From Balneolales bacterium (lineage in GTDB: Bacteria > Bacteroidota > Rhodothermia > Balneolales > HLUCCA01): 35,697 nt of DNA. A program made the translations under genes and the position numbers. The stretch is taken from assembly GCA_022565415.1 (NCBI GenBank), contig JAIUMT010000001.1, positions 1-35,697 of the forward strand, given 5' to 3'. Below are positions 25,248 to 30,964 of this stretch, one piece after another (position 1 is the stretch's first letter; the number at the start of each line of letters is the position of its first letter). The notes below the pieces were generated by a model. It saw nothing but the letters and a program-made list of their open reading frames with translations, was not told the origin of the DNA and did not search any database.

Positions 25248-25520
25248 TTACTTCTTGTTGTAGAGTTTATATGCGCCATAACCCAAAGCTACCAGTGCTA
25301 AAATGGTTAGGAGTCTGGGACTTACAACCGTTGCTGTAACCGGAGTCACAGGCACAAATCGTCCGTCAACGAGATTTTCATTACCCGTTAGCGTGTTCGG
25401 TGGGTAGGATACAGGTGGGTTTACGTGAACCGGATAGCCTGGTCCTGGTACGGGATAGCCTAGATCACCCAAAAACCCAATGTCTGATATATATCCGCTT
25501 TTTCCTGTTGTTCTCGTCAT
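25248..25520 (-). CDS. C-terminally anchored protein (90 aa) with N-terminal GKSGYISD motif and GYP-rich segment
   Basis: Start moved to the ATG at 25520 (AAGAGG Shine-Dalgarno 6-7 nt upstream). This removes the overlap with the upstream gene and aligns MTRTTGKSGYISDIGFLGDLGYP with MNRTSGKSGYLSDVSNLNFLGYP of 8573-8965. The anchor is LTILALVALGYGAYKLYNKK. Confidence 0.6.
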   Translation of the reverse strand: MTRTTGKSGYISDIGFLGDLGYPVPGPGYPVHVNPPVSYPPNTLTGNENLVDGRFVPVTPVTATVVSPRLLTILALVALGYGAYKLYNKK

Positions 25521-25524
25521 GGCA

Positions 25525-25851
25525 TTACCTCTTTTTCGTTTTAGCAAATTTGTACACACCGTAACCGGCTGCTGCAATCACGACGCCAGTCAGTGCAATC
25601 GTTGCAAATGATCGAGCTGGACGCGCTGTAACTTGGACTTCCGGCAATGTTCGTTGAACAGGCGTGTTTGGGTTAAAACTGATAGGCATTATGCCTGCGT
25701 TTGTAAATGGTGGTGTCCATGTCTGGTTACCACCTTGATTTACCGGCATGGTTGATACCAGGTTATCGATCACTGGATTTACGATGAGGTCACGCCACCA
25801 TTTGCTGTCATCAAGAAAACCGGATTGGCACGAATTACACTGCGTATTCAT
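25525..25851 (-). CDS. C-terminally anchored protein (108 aa) with N-terminal SGFLDD motif
   Basis: The ATG at 25851 is preferred over the GTG at 25884, which would overlap the upstream gene by 26 nt. MNTQCNSCQSGFLDDSKWW... The anchor is IALTGVVIAAAGYGVYKFAKTKKR. Confidence 0.55.
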   Translation of the reverse strand: MNTQCNSCQSGFLDDSKWWRDLIVNPVIDNLVSTMPVNQGGNQTWTPPFTNAGIMPISFNPNTPVQRTLPEVQVTARPARSFATIALTGVVIAAAGYGVYKFAKTKKR

Positions 25852-25858
25852 TGTTTGA

Positions 25859-27037
25859 TTATTTAAGTAAGAGGTAGGTTCCACCGGCAGCAGCTATTAC
25901 ACCGATACCGACGAGAAGTGGATTGATGCCAGCTCCAGTACTTAACATCGTCGACATATTTTCCGGTATTATTGCTGCTGCTGTGCTTTGTGGCTTATTT
26001 AGCTCCTCAGCGCGAGCAAATACCGCTTGCATGATTTCGGGCTTCGATTTTACATGAATTTCCCAATCGCCATTCCAGGGTAATTTCTCATTGAGTGCCT
26101 GAATGAGATAGGGATTAGCTTGTGCATACTGCAACATGGCATGTGCAGCTTCATGATTGTTGTAGTGAATGTAAACTTGTGGGCTCATTCCCATTTGTCG
26201 CAATCCACTTACAGCTGCATCGCGACTTGCGCGACGTTCTGCACGTCCTGCTGCACGGTTGGTGAAGATGCCGGTGAATCCACCAATTACAGCGCCAACC
26301 GCTGTACCTACACCCGGGAATAGTGCTGTGCCAATCGCAGCTCCCGTTGCTGATCCTGCTGCTACGTGATTCGTAGCATCATCTAAATAACCGGATTTAC
26401 CGGTCGGTGTTTGAGTTTCGTAATGATCTGACATGGTTTCTGCGTTACTGTGCACATCGGAAAGCATAACTTCCCAACGTTTGGTTATCTGTTCTGCAGG
26501 AATGCCAACTCCTGCTGATTTTGCTAGCGTAACGTCGAATGGGTACCAGCGGCCATTATGTTCAAATTCAAGATATATGTGTGAAAACTGTGTGGGATTG
26601 TTGTTTTTTTGACCAATCACCACCACACGAGAGGGAATACCCAGGCTCATCAACAATGATCCGGCCAGTATGGTCATATCATCGCAATCACCTGATTTCA
26701 GTTTAAGCGTTACTTCTGCGCCTTGCAGCCATTCGATATGATGTGGATCTCGAACGTATGCAATGGTGTGTTTCATCCAGTTATACACCGCGCTGGCCAC
26801 GTGGCCAAAATTTCGTCGATCAGGATGTCCGGTTCGCTTATCAACCGGAATCCCTTGTGTTATTTCCAGTGCTTTTTGTCGCACCTGAAAATTGCCTCTA
26901 CCATCGAGAATTAATTCGCGAATTTTATCAACTACACCAGCGAGTCCGGGGTAGCTTCCGCGAGATTTACGAACTTCTGAGGCCGTACGCTCCTCGTCTG
27001 TTCGGTTCCTCGTAAGTGTGAGGCTTGGGAGAGTCAT
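25859..27037 (-). CDS. Transglutaminase-like (papain-fold) cysteine protease-domain protein with glycine-zipper region and C-terminal anchor (392 aa)
   Basis: SGDCDDMTILAGSLLMSLGIPSRVVVIG...FSHIYLEFEHNGRWYPFDVT matches the Cys/His/Asp core G.C..fa....l.r.lGIP.R.v.G...H.w.e......W...D.t. An internal GKSGYLDD motif is followed by GSATGAAIGTALFPGVGTAVGAVIGGFTG and the terminal LLVGIGVIAAAGGTYLLLK. Confidence 0.75.
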   Translation of the reverse strand: MTLPSLTLTRNRTDEERTASEVRKSRGSYPGLAGVVDKIRELILDGRGNFQVRQKALEITQGIPVDKRTGHPDRRNFGHVASAVYNWMKHTIAYVRDPHHIEWLQGAEVTLKLKSGDCDDMTILAGSLLMSLGIPSRVVVIGQKNNNPTQFSHIYLEFEHNGRWYPFDVTLAKSAGVGIPAEQITKRWEVMLSDVHSNAETMSDHYETQTPTGKSGYLDDATNHVAAGSATGAAIGTALFPGVGTAVGAVIGGFTGIFTNRAAGRAERRASRDAAVSGLRQMGMSPQVYIHYNNHEAAHAMLQYAQANPYLIQALNEKLPWNGDWEIHVKSKPEIMQAVFARAEELNKPQSTAAAIIPENMSTMLSTGAGINPLLVGIGVIAAAGGTYLLLK

Positions 27038-27258
27038 GGTTTAGTAATTACATCAACTACTCTGCCAGTGGTGGCAACCGGGTTAAATCCAAATTCTTTG
27101 CCGATCATGGCCACTTGTTCTTTGGTCATGTCGCCAAAGGTGATCAGAATCGCGCATGGCTTATCACGCTGGGTTACCAGGCGAACAGCCGATTCTTGCA
27201 CAAGCTTTGCCGTTTGCTCATGCAGCTGGGTTATGCCGATAGTTTCAATTTTGCTCAT
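27034..27258 (-). CDS. Small hypothetical protein (74 aa), weak Phd/YefM-like N-terminal pattern
   Basis: IGITQLHEQTAKLVQESAVRLVTQRDKPCAILITF resembles the antitoxin N-terminal fold. It is ATGA-coupled to both neighbours and no toxin-like partner is present. Confidence 0.35.
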   Translation of the reverse strand: MSKIETIGITQLHEQTAKLVQESAVRLVTQRDKPCAILITFGDMTKEQVAMIGKEFGFNPVATTGRVVDVITKP

Positions 27259-28649
27259 ATCTTTTGCTTAAAGACTTCCAATACATTCACGATAAGTGCG
27301 CGTACTGGATCGGGTGGGTTGATTTGAAATGTGGAGAAAAGCATGTTGGTTGCTTCTTTTGCCGGCATGTACTTGAGCACGGTTTTAGCCTGGTTCAAAT
27401 TGGCTATGAGTGGCTCAATAACAAGGGCTACACGCTGCGGTGTTACCTTGCGTTCGATCGCTTGAGTAGCAACTTGTTCAGCGATCATCATCCATTCGCG
27501 GGCACCTGGTTGTACACCTTGCTGCGCTAAAATCGTCAACTGTTTGCCGACCATTTCAGCAATAGCGGAACTGTCCGGAGATGCTTTAGCTACCATTGCT
27601 GAAACAGCATTCTCAATGATGGTATTGGCAAAATTCTGAAATGCTTGTTGCATAATTTGATCAGGGGAGGGCTTTTGTTGTTGGTTTGTGCGCACTTCCA
27701 CGGCATCGCTCACATGAGCATCTGAAACAGGTTGAGGTGCATTGGCGTTGGCCATTACTTTTTCGATGAGAGGCATGAACTTATTTAATGAGTTCATCCA
27801 GGCGGGTGTTTCGTCGTCGGCATCCTCATCGTCATTAATGCCGTTTAGCTCATTTTTGAGCTGGGCTATCGCAAGTTCTTGCTTAACTGCAGAGAGCTCT
27901 GATCGTAAATTTGATATTTCGTTTGAATGCTGCTGGATAAGTGTCACCTTTTCATCGGCCAGGCGTTGGGTTAGATCAGCATTTCGTTGCGCAAGCTCAT
28001 TGTTTCGCTGCATGTGTGACTGTACATCAGCTTGAAGTAATTGCAAACGGTGATCGTAGTCACCGCGAATTTCTTCTTTAATTCTGGTCCGCAAGGTTTC
28101 AGCATCTAAAGCGGATAGAGAAGGAGAGGCATCTTTACTTTTTTTGCCATTTTCAGGCGAATCGATCGTAAAGCAAATTTCGATTTCAGCACCTTCTTCG
28201 TCCGTTGTACGAAGTAGGTATTCACCACCTTGACGCAGATCAGTTTTGGCAATTTTACTAAGCTGAGCTGGATTGTAACGCGGGATGGCCTTCATGTAGA
28301 TCGGTCGATCATCACTCAGACGCATTAGAATGCCATGAAATGGAAAATCGGATAGAATCTCCATTTCCGTTTTAGCAAACGTACTGTCAATTTTGGGGTT
28401 AGCTGGCCTACCTACCGGGTTGCGATATAATGGTTGATCCGCAGTAGCAACAGTTTGTTTTTGCCGTTCCATTTCTTCAAGAGCATCCTGACGACCTCGG
28501 TGATAATCACCGTTAGTTACGCTATCGTTTAGATAATTGACATCACGTCTATATTCCGCATCGGCTAAAATATCACTGTGATGTCCATTTAGATGGGTAT
28601 TGGGATCCATTGCGGTTGTTTGGTGATCAGGTGAGTAGGTGAGTATCAT
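27255..28649 (-). CDS. Coiled-coil protein (464 aa); scaffold/assembly-factor candidate, first gene of the late operon
   Basis: Central heptad-like region LQLLQADVQSHMQRNNELAQRNADLTQRLADEKVTLIQQHSNEISNLRSELSAVKQELAIAQLKNEL, an acidic linker DDEDADDE, and a helical C-terminal third. The start is uncertain (weak RBS). Confidence 0.45.
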   Translation of the reverse strand: MILTYSPDHQTTAMDPNTHLNGHHSDILADAEYRRDVNYLNDSVTNGDYHRGRQDALEEMERQKQTVATADQPLYRNPVGRPANPKIDSTFAKTEMEILSDFPFHGILMRLSDDRPIYMKAIPRYNPAQLSKIAKTDLRQGGEYLLRTTDEEGAEIEICFTIDSPENGKKSKDASPSLSALDAETLRTRIKEEIRGDYDHRLQLLQADVQSHMQRNNELAQRNADLTQRLADEKVTLIQQHSNEISNLRSELSAVKQELAIAQLKNELNGINDDEDADDETPAWMNSLNKFMPLIEKVMANANAPQPVSDAHVSDAVEVRTNQQQKPSPDQIMQQAFQNFANTIIENAVSAMVAKASPDSSAIAEMVGKQLTILAQQGVQPGAREWMMIAEQVATQAIERKVTPQRVALVIEPLIANLNQAKTVLKYMPAKEATNMLFSTFQINPPDPVRALIVNVLEVFKQKI

Positions 28650-28739
28650 ACGGGGATCGCTATCACCTCTAGAAAATGAAATGGCAACTGTGCACGTTTG
28701 CCACGTTCACGATCCCCTTCTTTCGGGTGGTTTTAATAG

Positions 28740-28811
28740 TGGCGACAGGTGGATTCGAACCACCGACCTCCTGGGTATGAGCCAGGCGAGCTACCACTGC
28801 TCCATGTCGCA
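28740..28811 (-). tRNA. tRNA with CAU anticodon, initiator-like (tRNA-Met/fMet type)
   Basis: The reverse complement folds as a 72-nt cloverleaf: TGCGACA TG GAGC AGTGGTA GCTC G CCTGG CTCATAC CCAGG AGGTC GGTGG TTCGAAT CCACC TGTCGCC A. The D-arm GGAGCAG..GGTAGCTC closely resembles E. coli tRNA-fMet. It has an A11:U24 pair and positions 1:72 are unpaired (U/C). No CCA is encoded. Confidence 0.85.
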
Positions 28812-28844
28812 ACAAATGATTACAAACTAAATGTCGTTAGTTAA

Positions 28845-29222
28845 TCAACTATGCGAAAAACTGTACCTATACCTGGTAAATAGTGAAGGCGGCATGAGGT
28901 GATCTTGTTTTAGCGCTTGTAAATTCTGATATATGGATTCGTTGTAACCGTGCTGATAAGCTTCTGATAAACGTAAATCAGTTTTTTCAGAAATAATTGC
29001 ATCACTTACCATAATGGCAATGGTAATGTCATCATCAGTACACAGCGAATAATCATAGATGATTGAATTGGCACTGGTGATATCAGTGTTGATGATATCC
29101 ACGTAGCTGGTGGAAGTGATTTCAGAAGGGGTTTCTAGACTTGAGACCGGATTGGTGACGGGCATCATGATGAACAAAATGGCTGTCAGCATCAATGTGA
29201 GTACATGGGCAATGCTTTTCAT
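28845..29222 (-). CDS. Small exported or membrane-anchored protein (125 aa); moron-like gene
   Basis: The ATG at 29222 has a GAGGA Shine-Dalgarno. The N-terminal signal/anchor is MKSIAHVLTLMLTAILFIMMPV. It sits alone between a terminator and the tRNA. Confidence 0.5.
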   Translation of the reverse strand: MKSIAHVLTLMLTAILFIMMPVTNPVSSLETPSEITSTSYVDIINTDITSANSIIYDYSLCTDDDITIAIMVSDAIISEKTDLRLSEAYQHGYNESIYQNLQALKQDHLMPPSLFTRYRYSFSHS

Positions 29223-29300
29223 GTGTATTCCTCGGTGGTTAATGTTGGTGTGCATGGACAAGTATAGCACTAGTAAGTGCTTGAAAAAACGCAAGATAGT

Positions 29301-29405
29301 TTATGCCACTTTATGCCATTTTATTCTACTTATTTACACTTTAATCCACTTATTGATACTTAAATCTACTTATTGGTATTTATTGACATGGATTTACATG
29401 GAATG
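29301..29405. repeat. Helically phased repeat array: TTATGCCA(C/T)T x2, 20-bp unit TC(T/C)ACTTATT... x3, ACATGGA x2 at 10-bp spacing
   Basis: Read directly. 29301-29320 is ttatgccact/ttatgccatt. The 20-bp units are 29325-29344 tctacttatttacactttaa, 29345-29364 tccacttattgatacttaaa and 29365-29384 tctacttattggtatttatt. These are followed by gACATGGAtttACATGGAatg. Confidence 0.8.
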
Positions 29406-29462
29406 AAATCCCGAGACATCTAAAACCGCTTATATACGCTTTAAACGCAGTATTGTAGGCAT

Positions 29463-29495
29463 CAAAAAAAAGCCCTGAGAAATGCTCCAGGGCTT
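29463..29495 (-). terminator. Rho-independent terminator ending the early minus-strand operon
   Basis: The minus strand reads AGCCCTG-gagcatttct-CAGGGCT followed by TTTTTTTT, about 45 nt after the stop at 29539. Confidence 0.75.
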
Positions 29496-29538
29496 TGAAA
29501 TTGAACGAATAGCGTGCAGCTATGACCTATATATATGA

Positions 29539-29745
29539 TTACTTTAGCTCTTCGATCGGTCTAATGATGTATTCAACGCCACTACCACCATAGCTACCCG
29601 TATTTTTGTCGTCAATGTATCGGTTTACACTACTGGACCAATAGAAACCTTTTTCCCTGATGTAATCCGCCAGTTTTTCTCTATTCCGGCAAACCATCTC
29701 ATTGTATCTGCAATCATTGGTTTCTATTTTTATTAGAATATACAT
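29539..29745 (-). CDS. Hypothetical protein (68 aa)
   Basis: The ATG at 29745 is chosen to avoid a 32-nt overlap with the upstream gene. It is the last gene before the terminator. Confidence 0.45.
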   Translation of the reverse strand: MYILIKIETNDCRYNEMVCRNREKLADYIREKGFYWSSSVNRYIDDKNTGSYGGSGVEYIIRPIEELK

Positions 29746-29752
29746 TTGCGTA

Positions 29753-29977
29753 TCAGTTGTTAGCGTTTTTGCTCTTTTCAACAAATCGTTTCATCATGTC
29801 ATTCCAGTCATCCATGCTGGTGCGACCGGTTCGCCTCTTGTCTTTTCCAAATTCATATAACTTTTCTTCAAGATCGGTTAACTGGTCATAGATACTATAT
29901 GAAAGTGTTAGCATTTCATACTTGGCGATTTTCATGGCTTCTGCCAGTATCCTGGCCTCATCTTTTGTTAGTCTCAT
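29753..29977 (-). CDS. Hypothetical helical protein (74 aa)
   Basis: AGGAAA Shine-Dalgarno. Same operon orientation. Confidence 0.5.
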   Translation of the reverse strand: MRLTKDEARILAEAMKIAKYEMLTLSYSIYDQLTDLEEKLYEFGKDKRRTGRTSMDDWNDMMKRFVEKSKNANN

Positions 29978-30087
29978 TGGCGTGTTTCCTGGTCTTGTAT
30001 GGTGTAAATTGGTTTTGCTGACTGCTTTGGCATCATTGATGTAATAACGGCAAAAACTCCAGCAAGGATGATCAATATTGCAATCAC
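29974..30087 (-). CDS. Possible 37-aa hydrophobic peptide (below the ORF-track cutoff)
   Basis: GTG start with AAAGGA about 8 nt upstream. Translation is (M)IAILIILAGVFAVITSMMPKQSAKPIYTIQDQETRQ. Its TGA overlaps the next gene's ATG as ATGA. It fills an otherwise empty 131-nt gap. Confidence 0.35.
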   Translation of the reverse strand: MIAILIILAGVFAVITSMMPKQSAKPIYTIQDQETRQ

Positions 30088-30108
30088 TGGTTTATCCTTT
30101 TCTATTGG

Positions 30109-30429
30109 TTATCGTGTCATTCCACAATGTTCACACTCGAATCTACCGTCCGTCCTTTCACCGCGGTACTTCCAATTGTGGCCAATTTTATCGCAAGTTT
30201 CGGTACTTGCAGTTTTGGCCAACTTTATCGCATTTATTGTTGTTTTGGAATCTAGATTTATAGCCGTTTCATGTTGCACCGTTTCTTGCAGTGCTTTGAC
30301 CAGGCACTGCGCTTTTATGAGAGCAGCTTGGTAATCCTTCACACTCATCAATCCTTCAACATTGCTCAACTGGAAGTGTGCATTGTCTACAAAATCAATC
30401 ATTCGTATAGGGTTAGGTATATAATTCAT
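30109..30429 (-). CDS. Hypothetical protein with C-terminal zinc-ribbon-like motif (106 aa)
   Basis: CDKIGHNWKYRGERTDGRFECEHCG. ATGA overlap with the upstream gene. Confidence 0.5.
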   Translation of the reverse strand: MNYIPNPIRMIDFVDNAHFQLSNVEGLMSVKDYQAALIKAQCLVKALQETVQHETAINLDSKTTINAIKLAKTASTETCDKIGHNWKYRGERTDGRFECEHCGMTR

Positions 30430-30752
30430 ATCTGGATCCTCGGTGTAACGATCAGCTTGGGATTCTTAATGATCTGATCGATAATGGTGTTCGCTTCAGT
30501 GAATGTGATCCCGTGCTGGGTGTATGCGTTCTCTTTGGTATTGATTGCAAACGAATAGACGGGGAAGTATTGCCGGTAATGGCGAATCACGGTGCTCCTG
30601 GAACAACCCAATCGCTTTGATATAAGCTCATAGAGGAGTTCCTTCGAAAGTATCTCCGGATAATCGCTGGAGTATTTCATCCAGTCCGGATCACGCGGTG
30701 TATCAGGGCTTTTGTGCATGGCGGTATAAGTATTTTTGCGGTTGTAATTCAT
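30426..30752 (-). CDS. Small HTH DNA-binding protein (108 aa)
   Basis: The HTH-like segment is LISKRLGCSRSTVIRHYRQY. The ATG at 30752 is chosen because the longer ORF would run into the iteron array. Confidence 0.5.
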   Translation of the reverse strand: MNYNRKNTYTAMHKSPDTPRDPDWMKYSSDYPEILSKELLYELISKRLGCSRSTVIRHYRQYFPVYSFAINTKENAYTQHGITFTEANTIIDQIIKNPKLIVTPRIQI

Positions 30753-30804
30753 TGCTGAAAACGCGTTAGGGTGGAGGTGGGAAGGTAGTGGGCGAAAAGG
30801 CTGT

Positions 30805-30964
30805 TTTGGCAACAGTGTTTGTTGTGTTGCATTGTTGCAACGGTATTTAAGCACTTGATTTTTAATAGGTTTAGCTTGCAACAAAACGGCAACAACCCCT
30901 GTTGCATCTGTTGCCGTTTTGCAACAGGCCTGTTGCCGAAATGTTGCCAAATTGTTGCAGATTT
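30805..30964. repeat. Iteron array of TGTTGC / GCAACA hexamers (candidate replication origin or regulator-binding array)
   Basis: TGTTGC starts at 30825, 30833, 30900, 30909, 30931, 30942 and 30953; the last four are spaced 22, 11 and 11 nt. The inverse GCAACA starts at 30809, 30878, 30889 and 30921. Two more GCAACA lie in cttGCAACAatGCAACAag at 31056-31074. AT-rich tracts lie at 30975-31010 and 31080-31125. Confidence 0.8.

Noticed and set aside
25482-25520. Type IV prepilin-like leader (short basic leader ending in Gly before an aromatic residue: MTRTTGKSG/YISD, MNRTSGKSG/YLSD, MRGSG/YLND)
   Set aside because: Prepilin signals require a roughly 20-residue hydrophobic helix right after the G/F(T/S)L(I/L)E site. 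Here polar or Pro-rich sequence follows, and the motif also occurs internally and near C-termini.
25858-25884. A further motif copy, TSYLNN, at the N-terminus of the GTG-initiated version of ORF 25525-25884
   Set aside because: It depends on a GTG start that overlaps the upstream gene by 26 nt. The same DNA encodes the upstream protein's GGTYLLLK tail in another frame. The ATG at 25851 is the more likely start, and that version carries its own SGFLDD copy.
27034-27258. Phd/YefM antitoxin of a type II TA pair
   Set aside because: Only the first ~35 residues resemble the fold. The gene is translationally coupled inside the structural operon and neither neighbour resembles a Doc/YoeB/RelE toxin. 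It is kept as a hypothetical protein.
27255-28649. The 464-aa protein as portal or large terminase
   Set aside because: There is no P-loop and no portal-like pattern. The centre is a long heptad coiled coil followed by an acidic linker, which fits a scaffold or assembly factor better.
29301-29405. CRISPR array
   Set aside because: The units are 10-20 bp and directly abutting, with no spacers. They are far shorter than CRISPR repeats, and no cas genes are present.
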